Positions 55,987 to 64,000 of a stretch of DNA of 64,000 nucleotides are shown here, one piece after another. A program made the translations under genes and the position numbers. The first letter of the stretch is position 1; each line of letters opens with the position of its first letter. Source of the stretch: Methanomassiliicoccaceae archaeon. GTDB taxonomy: Archaea > Thermoplasmatota > Thermoplasmata > Methanomassiliicoccales > Methanomethylophilaceae. The notes beneath the pieces are model-generated. The model saw only the letters and a list, made by a program, of their open reading frames with translations. It searched no databases and was not told the DNA's origin. The DNA is taken from positions 7,735 to 71,734 of the forward strand of contig JAEEOP010000033.1 of the NCBI GenBank assembly GCA_016284295.1, given 5' to 3'.

Positions 55987-58794
55987 ATGAAGGTGGCCGC
56001 ATCTACGGATGTGGAGACCGTCATCGAGCAGTACAACAGCAGGATCGAGGGTCACTACAACGAGGAGCTCACGACATCGCGTATCAGGTACGGCGAGAAC
56101 GTGGTCTCCAACCACAACACCCATGTGATCCTCAGAAGGCTGTACCACTCATTCGTGAACATCTTCATCATCGCCCTTGTCGTCATAGACATACTCTGGC
56201 TCACCCCCGGCATAGGATACGAGGTCGGCGGGGAGCCCGATATGATATACTTCTACATCCTGACCACGCTGATCCTCGTCAGCGGTACGATGACCTTCAT
56301 CCAGGAGACCCGCAGCAGCAAGGCAGCGGCCAAACTGGTGAACATGGTGACCACGATCATCACGGTCCGCCGTGAGAACGTGGAGATAGAGGTGGACTCC
56401 TGCGACCTTGTCGTCGGGGACATCCTGATCCTGGACACCGGGGACATCATACCCGCCGATGTCAGGATAATCAAATCCAATCATCTGAAGGTGGACCAGT
56501 CCGCGCTCACCGGGGAGTCGGAGGCGGCAACCAAGTATTCGGAGCCGGTCGTATGCGACGGGAGCATCCTGGACTGCAACAACATGGCCTTCATGGGAAC
56601 GAGCGTGATGGAAGGTTCCGCCGAGGCCGTGGTCATCGCCGTCGGCGACGACACTGTCATAGGATCCATGGCGGAGAAGCTCTCGGCCAGGTCCGTCAAG
56701 ACCACGTACGACAAGGGAAGCACAGCGATCGTGAAGGTCCTGGTGAAGCTCATGCTCTACACCATCCCTCCGGTATTCATCATCATGATCCTCAAGGGAT
56801 ACCTCAACAGCGGGGCCTTCCTAGAGGAGGACATAAGGGGAGCGATCCAGTTCACCGTATCTCTGGCGATAGGCCTGATGCCCGAGATGCTGGCCACGAT
56901 AGTCTCTACAAATCTTGCGAAGGGCGCCGTGGACATGTCCAAGAGGAAGGTCATCGTCAAGGACGTGAACGCCATCCAGAACTTCGGAGCGATGGACGTC
57001 CTATGTTCAGACAAGACCGGTACCCTGACGGAGAACAGGATCTTCGTCCAGTCCAGCAACGACATCTACGGGACCCAGAGCACGCTGGTGGAGAGGCTTG
57101 TCTGCCTGAACAGCACGAAGCTCACATCCGCCACCAACCAGATCGACTGGGCCATCCAGGAGCACGCCGAGGACGAATACCTTATGGAGGGGCTGGATGA
57201 ATACAAATGGGTCGGCGACGTGCCGTTCGACTTCGTCAGGAGGAGGGCCACGGTCGTTGTCACCAAGGACGGGGAGATAGACCTGATGGTCACCAAGGGT
57301 GCCGTGCCCGAGATCCTCGCCATATCGACAAGATACCTCAACGAGGCGGGGGAGATCACCGACCTGGACGATGCCACCGTCAGCAAGATTCTCGGTCTGG
57401 TGGAATGGTACAGCAACAAGGGGATGCGCGTATTGGGGGTCACCCACAAGTACTTCCCCCACGGGAAGGGCGAGTTCTCGCCCTCAGACGAGACCGAGCA
57501 GATATTCGCCGGGTTCGTCGTGTTCACCGATCCGGTGAAGAGGACCGCCAGGAAGGCGATCAAGGACCTCAACGACTACGGCATCAGGGTGAAGGTCCTC
57601 ACCGGCGACAACGAGTACGTGTCCCGTTACGTCTGCGACGAGATCGGCATCAACTGCCATGTCGGTGAGAAGGACATCTCCATGATCGAGGATGCGGATC
57701 TGGAGAAGATGAGATCATCGATCATCACCGGCCCGCAGATCGACAGGATGTCCGACGATATGCTCAGGAAGGTGGTCGAGGTCAACGACGTGTTCGTGAG
57801 GCTGACTCCGGACAACAAGTCCCGCATAGTCGTCGCACTGCGCGACAACGGCCACTGCGTCGGACTCATGGGCGACGGTATCAACGATGTGCTGGCGATG
57901 AAGAACGCCGATGTGAGCATATCCGTGGACACCGGAACGGACATCGCAAAGGAAACGGCTAGCATGATTCTGCTGGAGAAGGACCTGGGCATCCTCAAGG
58001 ACGGGGCCATCGAGGGAAGGAAGGTCTACGTCAATTCCATCAAGTACGTCAAGATGATCGGTTCGATCAACTTCGGATACATGTTCTCGCTGATCATGGC
58101 CACGATCCTGTTCAACTTTAGCCCGATCGGCGCCGTGATGATCCTGATATTCAATCTGATCAACGACTTCGCCTGCCTCATCATCCCGTGGGACAAGGTG
58201 GAGGACGAGTTCGTCAGGGAGCCGAGGAAGTGGGATGCGGTCAATCTGAAGAACGTCATGTTCCATTACGGTCCGATGTGCCCGCTGACGGATCTGATGA
58301 CCTGGGGTTTCATGATATTCGTCATATTCGGGTCGATGTCCATGATGGACATCCTGGATGCGGACGGGAACGTCGCGTTCGCCGCAGGCTCGTACGAGAA
58401 CATAGGTGCGCTCATACTGTCCGGACAGGACCTGAGCGGCACCAGCGTTGAGGCATGGTTCCAGGCGATATGGGTGATAGAGCAGTACTGGATGCAGGTA
58501 TGGTCCATCCACATCGTCCGTACGAACAAGCTGCCGTTCTTCCAGACCTGGTCATGCAAGGCCCTGGTGGTATCCGCGCTCCTTGCTTTGGCTGTAGGGA
58601 CGCTGCTGCCCTTCACCGGAGGCCTCTGGGAGTACATCTCGGAGTTCCCGGCCGAGATATTCCAGAGTGTGTTCTTCAACGACATCGCTCCCGTGGCGAT
58701 GCTGTGGATGCCACTGATCGCATGCATCTACTTTTTCGGGAGTCATTTGGTCAAGAAGAGGATGCTCGGGAAGTACGGGTACTTCGCCTGCTGA
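55987..58794 (+). CDS. mgtA: Magnesium-translocating P-type ATPase (start uncertain, 55954-55987)
   Basis: LTGES, GLMPEML, CSDKTGTLTEN, TKGA, LTGDN, GDGIND, KYVKM, PWDKV. Confidence 0.9.
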   Translation: MKVAASTDVETVIEQYNSRIEGHYNEELTTSRIRYGENVVSNHNTHVILRRLYHSFVNIFIIALVVIDILWLTPGIGYEVGGEPDMIYFYILTTLILVSGTMTFIQETRSSKAAAKLVNMVTTIITVRRENVEIEVDSCDLVVGDILILDTGDIIPADVRIIKSNHLKVDQSALTGESEAATKYSEPVVCDGSILDCNNMAFMGTSVMEGSAEAVVIAVGDDTVIGSMAEKLSARSVKTTYDKGSTAIVKVLVKLMLYTIPPVFIIMILKGYLNSGAFLEEDIRGAIQFTVSLAIGLMPEMLATIVSTNLAKGAVDMSKRKVIVKDVNAIQNFGAMDVLCSDKTGTLTENRIFVQSSNDIYGTQSTLVERLVCLNSTKLTSATNQIDWAIQEHAEDEYLMEGLDEYKWVGDVPFDFVRRRATVVVTKDGEIDLMVTKGAVPEILAISTRYLNEAGEITDLDDATVSKILGLVEWYSNKGMRVLGVTHKYFPHGKGEFSPSDETEQIFAGFVVFTDPVKRTARKAIKDLNDYGIRVKVLTGDNEYVSRYVCDEIGINCHVGEKDISMIEDADLEKMRSSIITGPQIDRMSDDMLRKVVEVNDVFVRLTPDNKSRIVVALRDNGHCVGLMGDGINDVLAMKNADVSISVDTGTDIAKETASMILLEKDLGILKDGAIEGRKVYVNSIKYVKMIGSINFGYMFSLIMATILFNFSPIGAVMILIFNLINDFACLIIPWDKVEDEFVREPRKWDAVNLKNVMFHYGPMCPLTDLMTWGFMIFVIFGSMSMMDILDADGNVAFAAGSYENIGALILSGQDLSGTSVEAWFQAIWVIEQYWMQVWSIHIVRTNKLPFFQTWSCKALVVSALLALAVGTLLPFTGGLWEYISEFPAEIFQSVFFNDIAPVAMLWMPLIACIYFFGSHLVKKRMLGKYGYFAC

Positions 58795-58804
58795 AATGAT
58801 TCAA

Positions 58805-58824
58805 GGCCGGGGCCTTCCCCGGCC
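58805..58824 (+). terminator. Hairpin after mgtA
   Basis: GGCCGGGG-CCTT-CCCCGGCC 8-bp stem. Confidence 0.55.
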
Positions 58825-58859
58825 ATACTATTAATTAGGACGTAGCCTACGGAGTCATC

Positions 58860-59096
58860 ATGCTGTCTTTGGAGCTCAGGTTCGAATATCCCGATGCGAA
58901 GGTCGCTGAGGCCGTCATGAAGTCGCTCGAGCCCGACAACGGGGGATACGTCGAGACCGTCCGTGAGGATAATGTTCTCAGATTCTTTATGGAAGCGGAC
59001 AACGCCGGTTCGCTGAGGAACACGGCGGATGACCTTCTGGCCTGCATAAAGATCGCCGAGGAGACGATCGGTATCGGCTCCTCGAAGAAGATGTGA
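58860..59096 (+). CDS. pcc1: KEOPS complex subunit Pcc1
   Basis: AVMKSLEPDN..EADNAGSLRNTADDLLACIKIAE; 78 aa. Confidence 0.85.
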   Translation: MLSLELRFEYPDAKVAEAVMKSLEPDNGGYVETVREDNVLRFFMEADNAGSLRNTADDLLACIKIAEETIGIGSSKKM

Positions 59097-59105
59097 TCCC
59101 GGGGA

Positions 59106-59525
59106 TCAGAAATCAGATTCTACCAGACCCACTAACTCCCTCAGCTTCTCGGCCACCGCATGGCCCTTCTCGGTCATGACTATCACATTGTTGTTCGTCT
59201 TGCCCGTGGTGTAGATGCGGATGATGCCGTAATCCTCGAGGTCCTTGATCTTGTCCAGGATGGTGCCGGTCCTGGCGACGTCGTTGTAGATGTCGCTCTT
59301 GATAACGGGGGACATCTTGTCCAGATAGATTATGAGGGAGAGCATGTGCTTGCCCTCGAGCTTATGGATGACTGTGCCCCTGTCCCCGCCGTTGCGCCTC
59401 CTGTCCTTGATATATTTCTTGACCTCCTCCGGCAGCTCGTCGTACGAATGGGGCTCCTTGTTGACGTTCTTACGGGTGTCGAGACTCTCCCCTATCTTGA
59501 CGCTGACTGTCTTGGTTTCCTCCAT
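59106..59525 (-). CDS. Winged-helix DNA-binding protein
   Basis: LEGKHMLSLIIYL..KSDIYNDV..IKDLEDYGII..MTEKGHAVA. Confidence 0.75.
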   Translation of the reverse strand: MEETKTVSVKIGESLDTRKNVNKEPHSYDELPEEVKKYIKDRRRNGGDRGTVIHKLEGKHMLSLIIYLDKMSPVIKSDIYNDVARTGTILDKIKDLEDYGIIRIYTTGKTNNNVIVMTEKGHAVAEKLRELVGLVESDF

Positions 59526-59626
59526 GTTGTCATCCCTCCATGGAAATGCGGCAAAGACGATCCGGAGCCGGAACGGCGGTGTCGATCATGTGGGAAGAGG
59601 CCTTTCCGTTGTCCGAATTGTCTGGA

Positions 59627-59702
59627 CATGAAATATGGACATATTTCATGCAACATTTCATGAACATGCATTATAATCATTGCATATAATAGATATTTCA
59701 TG
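59627..59702. promoter_or_regulatory. Operator-like palindrome with extra half-sites
   Basis: CATGAAATAT-GGAC-ATATTTCATG (59627-59650); ATTTCATG again at 59655 and ATATTTCATG at 59693. Confidence 0.55.
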
Positions 59703-59842
59703 CTCTTTGTACATGAATGTTTCAGCACGGACAATGAAGAACCCAGCCAGACAGTTCTATCTGGATGGTCCGATGCGGTGTGGCAGGCCGACCGTCAGGT
59801 CCACGTTAAGTATTTATCAGACGATTATCTGTCAGATTTTGT

Positions 59843-59915
59843 GGGCCCGTGGGGTAGCTTGGTATCCTTGTGGCTTCGGGAGCCATTGACTCCGGTTCAA
59901 ATCCGGGCGGGCCCA
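59843..59915 (+). tRNA. tRNA-Pro(CGG), CCA not encoded
   Basis: GGGCCCG/CGGGCCC acceptor stem, GTGGC-TTCGGGA-GCCAT anticodon arm, TCCGG-TTCAAAT-CCGGG T arm. Confidence 0.96.
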
Positions 59916-60191
59916 CTCATTTCTACTGGATTTTCCCTGCAATTGAGCTATCAGCGTGGATTCTGGATGCCAATCTTACCGTTAATAATCGCTCAAGTAT
60001 GTGATCTGATGAGGTTGTGGGTTCGATCCCTTCGAAAAACCAACCCACTTGTTCTTGACAGGTTCGTCTCGTTGAGTCGTCTCTGATAGCTACGATCCAG
60101 TATGGTTTCTTTCGTCTATTGCATCCAGCCGTATTTGGACGGGTGTGTTGCGTTGAATGGACTGTTTCATGAACGGATGTATTTGAAATCC

Positions 60192-60221
60192 GGTGTCCGC
60201 GTCTGAACGGTCACGGACACC
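60192..60221 (-). terminator. Hairpin downstream of small membrane gene
   Basis: GGTGTCCG-N14-CGGACACC. Confidence 0.35.
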
Positions 60222-60253
60222 TGTTTATGGTTGGTCGTTGGAAGGCAGTTCCG

Positions 60254-60493
60254 TCAAGCATCGCGATGTGATTGCCGGTTGCGGAAATACCTGATTACGA
60301 ACGCCACTGTCGGTATCGCGACTAGCAACAATCCGAGATAGGGCAGTACGTCCGCGACATAGAATATCTTGCTGATGCGCCCGGTACTGATCAGAAAATT
60401 ACCGCCCATGATCTCGAAGAATAAGGATCCGAGGAACATGATCCATCCGCTTATGAACAATGTGCAGTAGACATTCACCTTGTTGCCGTCCAT
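60254..60493 (-). CDS. Small two-helix membrane protein
   Basis: 79 aa with two hydrophobic segments; GGATG/GGCGG upstream. Confidence 0.55.
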   Translation of the reverse strand: MDGNKVNVYCTLFISGWIMFLGSLFFEIMGGNFLISTGRISKIFYVADVLPYLGLLLVAIPTVAFVIRYFRNRQSHRDA

Positions 60494-60548
60494 CCTTGCA
60501 TCCGCCCCCTGTACATTTCCCTCTGGTCCATGCCGGTCTCGAAGGAGT

Positions 60549-61088
60549 TCATTGCAGATACCCTCCCTTCTTGACCTGTTCGTATATCCAGCAGTATGTC
60601 TTGGCCATCGCTTTCCCGGTTCCGCCGTCGTCTATGCTGCTGCATTTGAAGCTCGAGCCATCGGAGGCCTTGAACGCGCTGTATGTGTCGCAATCCTCCA
60701 TGAAGGCCTTGAAGTTCAGTACGGGGTTCCTGAGGAACAGGTCCGGCGAGTCCAGGACCGTCACTATAACGCCGGAATCCAGTAGAGATTTCACGTACAC
60801 ATCCATCTTCGACGTATTCTGCGACTTCGCCCAATCATCATCGATGATGACCGCCTTGGCATCCGCCGCATCTGTCAGCTCGGTGCTGGTACGGATATCG
60901 CTGGTCCCGAAGGATATCTTCTCCGAGATGTCCGAGGCTTCGTCTGACAGGATCAGCACCGGTATGTCGGTACCGGTCGCTTCGCGGAACTCCCCCTGCT
61001 CGGAGGCTTCTATCGTCGCTATGGCGATGCACGCGGAACCGACGATCAGAACGGTCGCAAACACAATGTAGAGTGCCCTAGGATTCAC
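60549..61088 (-). CDS. Hypothetical secreted/anchored protein
   Basis: GTG start with AGGAGGG RBS; N-terminal hydrophobic helix. Confidence 0.7.
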   Translation of the reverse strand: MNPRALYIVFATVLIVGSACIAIATIEASEQGEFREATGTDIPVLILSDEASDISEKISFGTSDIRTSTELTDAADAKAVIIDDDWAKSQNTSKMDVYVKSLLDSGVIVTVLDSPDLFLRNPVLNFKAFMEDCDTYSAFKASDGSSFKCSSIDDGGTGKAMAKTYCWIYEQVKKGGYLQ

Positions 61089-61159
61089 GATTCTCCCTCC
61101 TGTATGTCGTATATTGTCATTTCTTCGACCTCCTTAGGTCTGATATAACATCGATCAAC

Positions 61160-61200
61160 TAGTATATATTGTGTATGTTCAATAATTACAATATACACTA
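61160..61200. promoter_or_regulatory. YtrA/GntR-type operator
   Basis: TAGTATATATTGT-N15-ACAATATACACTA (13-bp arms, one mismatch) upstream of the GntR gene. Confidence 0.65.
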
Positions 61201-61233
61201 TAAATAGTAGTTTTGCCTAATAATGAGTGTATT

Positions 61234-61836
61234 ATGGACCTTGTAATCAGCCCCACGTCCGGAAAACCGATTTACGAGCAGCTGGAGGAGCAGATCAAGA
61301 ATCTGATCATCACGAAGAGGCTGCTTCCAGGGGACCCCCTGCCCAGCATGAGGGACCTTGCCAAGGACCTGGGTATAAGCCTGATCACCACCAAGCGCAC
61401 CTACAAGGACCTGGAGGAACAGGGTTTCATAGTCTCCATGGTCGGAAAGGGAAGCTTCGTATCCGAGAACAATCTGGAGTTCCTGTCAGAATACAAGTAC
61501 AAGGAGGTGGAGCAGTCCCTCAGGAAGGCCATCGAGCAGTCGAGGATGTGCGACATGTCCCTGGATGACATGATAGAGGTCCTGAGGATGCTGTACGAGG
61601 AGGATGCCGATGAGCGAGGTCATCGAGGTCAACGGCCTCAGGAAATCATTCAAGGATTTCGTGCTGGGCCCTATCGACATGAAGATCCACAAGGGCGCTG
61701 TGACCGCTGTGCTCGGAAGCAATGCATCCGGGAAGACCACCTTTCTGAAGTGCCTGGGAAGGCAGTACGTCTGCGACAGGGGATACGGAAGCTATCAGGA
61801 GGAGAACGGTCAGTTGAGGGTGGGCTTCGTCTTTGA
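61234..61836 (+). CDS. GntR-family (YtrA-like) regulator; the frame runs ~75 codons past the normal end into the ABC gene
   Basis: KPIYEQLEEQIK, GDPLPSMRDLAKDLGISLITTKRTYKDLE, GKGSFV. Confidence 0.88.
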   Translation: MDLVISPTSGKPIYEQLEEQIKNLIITKRLLPGDPLPSMRDLAKDLGISLITTKRTYKDLEEQGFIVSMVGKGSFVSENNLEFLSEYKYKEVEQSLRKAIEQSRMCDMSLDDMIEVLRMLYEEDADERGHRGQRPQEIIQGFRAGPYRHEDPQGRCDRCARKQCIREDHLSEVPGKAVRLRQGIRKLSGGERSVEGGLRL

Positions 61837-62680
61837 TGAATGCCCTTACCCAGGGTCGCACACCATACAGAGATTGACCAAATTGCTGTCCGGCCTCTAT
61901 CCGGATTGGGATCAGAGGTGCTTTTCGGACCTGTGCTCCCGTTTCGGTCTTGAAGATGGCCGGCGGATCGAGGAACTGTCCAAAGGCTCGAAGATGAAGC
62001 TGCAGGTCGCCGTGAATCTGTCGCATAAGGTGGATCTGCTCTTGTTGGACGAGTTCACTTCCGGTCTCGACGACCGTTCCAAAAGGATTGTGATGGAGGC
62101 GGTGAAGGCCAATCTCGATGATGATAACGCCGTGGTCATGTCCACGAACGACACCTCGGACCTGGAAAGGTTCGCAGACCGCATCGTTATCCTCAGGGAC
62201 GGAATGGTAGTACTAGACACCGACGTCCCCACATTGCAGGATTCTTTCATGATCGTAAGGACCACCGACCCGAACATCGCCATCTGTACGGACGATCTGG
62301 TGAAGGTCAGGAAGGAAGGATACGGGTCGGTATACCTGGTCAGGAATAGCGGCAGGATGCCGGAGGCCGTAGGTAACACGGTGGTGGAGAAAGCATCCGT
62401 CAGGGAGGTCCTGGCGTTGTACACGGAGGGCCGAGTCCATGAACGATGTCGTGAGGTCGCTCGTATCCGGCAATCTGCGTGCATCCCGTTACGTGGTGAC
62501 CCTGGTGCCCGTACTGTCATCCCTGCTCATGATAGCAGCGTGGATTGGCGGAGACAGGAACTATCAGTACTTCTCCTTCCCGCTGATCTGCTCCCTTCTC
62601 GTGGCATCCTCATTCGCTCTGATCGGCGCATACAACGACGTGCAGAGCAGATGGTGCTCCTTCGTCGTATCGTATCGTAA
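61610..62680 (+). CDS. ABC-2/YtrB-like ATP-binding protein; the frame runs ~80 codons into the permease gene
   Basis: GSNASGKTT, LSKGSKMK, LLLLDEFTSGLD; H-loop reads STN. Confidence 0.85.
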   Translation: MSEVIEVNGLRKSFKDFVLGPIDMKIHKGAVTAVLGSNASGKTTFLKCLGRQYVCDRGYGSYQEENGQLRVGFVFDECPYPGSHTIQRLTKLLSGLYPDWDQRCFSDLCSRFGLEDGRRIEELSKGSKMKLQVAVNLSHKVDLLLLDEFTSGLDDRSKRIVMEAVKANLDDDNAVVMSTNDTSDLERFADRIVILRDGMVVLDTDVPTLQDSFMIVRTTDPNIAICTDDLVKVRKEGYGSVYLVRNSGRMPEAVGNTVVEKASVREVLALYTEGRVHERCREVARIRQSACIPLRGDPGARTVIPAHDSSVDWRRQELSVLLLPADLLPSRGILIRSDRRIQRRAEQMVLLRRIVS

Positions 62681-63053
62681 CGATCGCAAGGGGATGATCT
62701 GTTCGATCATGGCGACGTTCTACCTGGAGGTGGCGATCAGCTGCATCATCGCCATATTAATACTCATGCTGTTCGATTCCCGCATTCTTGCACATGTGGC
62801 TCCAGCACTGGTAGTCTCATTGATAGGTGTCGCACTGGTGTTCTCGGCTGCCTTGCTGGCGTATTCGTCTTTCGGTGCGCATTCCGCATTCATAGTAGCT
62901 GTGCCGGTGTTGGCCATATACGGCGGGATCATCTTGTATCTGTCCGTGGCCCGTCTGCTGACAATCGAACCGTATATCCTGCTGATCGCTTGTGCCGGCA
63001 TACTTGCGATGAACATGCTGTCGTTTAGGGCGATAACGCGTCTGGACTTGTGA
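62439..63053 (+). CDS. ABC-2-type membrane permease
   Basis: About 6 TM helices; GGAGGG RBS; follows the ATPase. Confidence 0.75.
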   Translation: MNDVVRSLVSGNLRASRYVVTLVPVLSSLLMIAAWIGGDRNYQYFSFPLICSLLVASSFALIGAYNDVQSRWCSFVVSYRNDRKGMICSIMATFYLEVAISCIIAILILMLFDSRILAHVAPALVVSLIGVALVFSAALLAYSSFGAHSAFIVAVPVLAIYGGIILYLSVARLLTIEPYILLIACAGILAMNMLSFRAITRLDL

Positions 63054-63057
63054 TACC

Positions 63058-63693
63058 ATGATGACGAGGACGATGACAGGTATTGTATGCATCTCCGTAG
63101 GTGTGATACTGTTCGCCGTCCTGCTGCTGGTGACGTATGATGGTGTCGACCCGGAAGACAGTGTCATAGATCCTGTAGATGTATCCGTGTCCTTCGGGGA
63201 TGAATGGAGAGAGGAGGTGACAACGGATGCCGGTACGATCACATACGCCTTCTCCATATTGGAGAGGGAGCCGATCCAGGGGCACAGGTGCGTATCTCTT
63301 GTTGTAGAAGTCGAAGCCGAATCGGAGATGTCGCTGGACAGAGCGATAATAAACTGCAACGGCGACGTTAGGATGGATGGGCTCAAGATAAGCTCGGAGA
63401 GTTCGATGGCCAATACAAAGAAAGAACTGATCGGTGGTGTCCAATACGGCACGAACGAGGACCCCTTCATGCACAGGGCGACTGGATTCGCTACTGTTTT
63501 CGTCAAATCCGGCGGGTCGGACGATCATAGCAGAATAGTCCTGGACTTCCTGATCATAATGTTCGATGACCGCTGCTGGCTTTCGATGCGTTCCATCACT
63601 TCATATTCAGATGATGACGTTACGAAGAGTTACGGTCAAATGTTCCATGTATCGGTGAATGCAACAGAGAACGGCACAGATGGGATTGCATAA
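63058..63693 (+). CDS. Hypothetical membrane-anchored protein
   Basis: N-terminal TM helix; 4 nt after the permease stop. Confidence 0.65.
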   Translation: MMTRTMTGIVCISVGVILFAVLLLVTYDGVDPEDSVIDPVDVSVSFGDEWREEVTTDAGTITYAFSILEREPIQGHRCVSLVVEVEAESEMSLDRAIINCNGDVRMDGLKISSESSMANTKKELIGGVQYGTNEDPFMHRATGFATVFVKSGGSDDHSRIVLDFLIIMFDDRCWLSMRSITSYSDDDVTKSYGQMFHVSVNATENGTDGIA

Positions 63694-63909
63694 CGGCTTC
63701 AATCCGAACGAAGGCCATCATACGTACTTTGAACCGAACAAGACCTGGTGATCGCATTCCCAGAGTTCTGGATCTGCCCTCGATCGACCTGTTGCCGATT
63801 TTATAGGCAGACTGCATTCCATGTGTGATGTCAGCGAGCAGAAGCGAACTTCACACTCTCCATGCAATCCAGTCGGAAGCCGCATGTCCGCTGTCCGGAG
63901 GAACGATAC

Positions 63910-64000
63910 ATGGCAACCGATCCGTCCGAGATCATGAGGTCGTACATCATCGATCTGGAATGCTACAATCTTGCCGAGCAGGCGGGGATGTTCTGCGAGG
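63910..64000 (+). CDS. Partial CDS (runs off window)
   Basis: GGAGG RBS then MATDPSEIMRSYIIDLECYNLAEQAGMFCE open to the window end. Confidence 0.55.
   Translation, partial: MATDPSEIMRSYIIDLECYNLAEQAGMFCE

Noticed and set aside
59843-64000. Integrative element at tRNA-Pro
   Set aside because: No integrase or duplicated tRNA-Pro 3' end is visible within the window

Overview
64 kb of chromosome from a ~58-60% GC methylotrophic methanogenic archaeon, most consistent with Methanomassiliicoccales (mtaC-mtaB with divergent ramA, DGGGP synthase, dph5, Hef, Pcc1, Trm5, archaeal tRNA-Pro). The core genes are interleaved with bacterial-type accessory genes (HipA TA pair, Zn-macrodomain/SirTM pair, SPFH operon, MccF-like peptidase, GntR-ABC module). 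Main observations: (1) three otherwise intact genes carry a single in-frame TAG while every confidently called CDS I checked ends in TGA or TAA, which fits pyrrolysine read-through outside the methylamine methyltransferases. (2) A probable corrinoid-scavenging locus contains a beta-propeller/BtuC-type permease fusion and four related beta-grasp (DUF4430/transcobalamin-like) domains, and it shares an operator-like motif with the ramA-mtaC promoter. (3) An RPH/PEP-synthase-like phosphotransferase is coupled to an uncharacterised partner just downstream of mtaCB. (4) An asparagine-synthase-like PP-loop domain is fused to a RelB/DinJ-like domain next to a HipA locus. (5) A macrodomain-SirTM pair lacks its usual GcvH-L/LplA partners. 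(6) An intergenic candidate small RNA has a textbook kink-loop. All calls come from reading the sequence only; no database searches were run.
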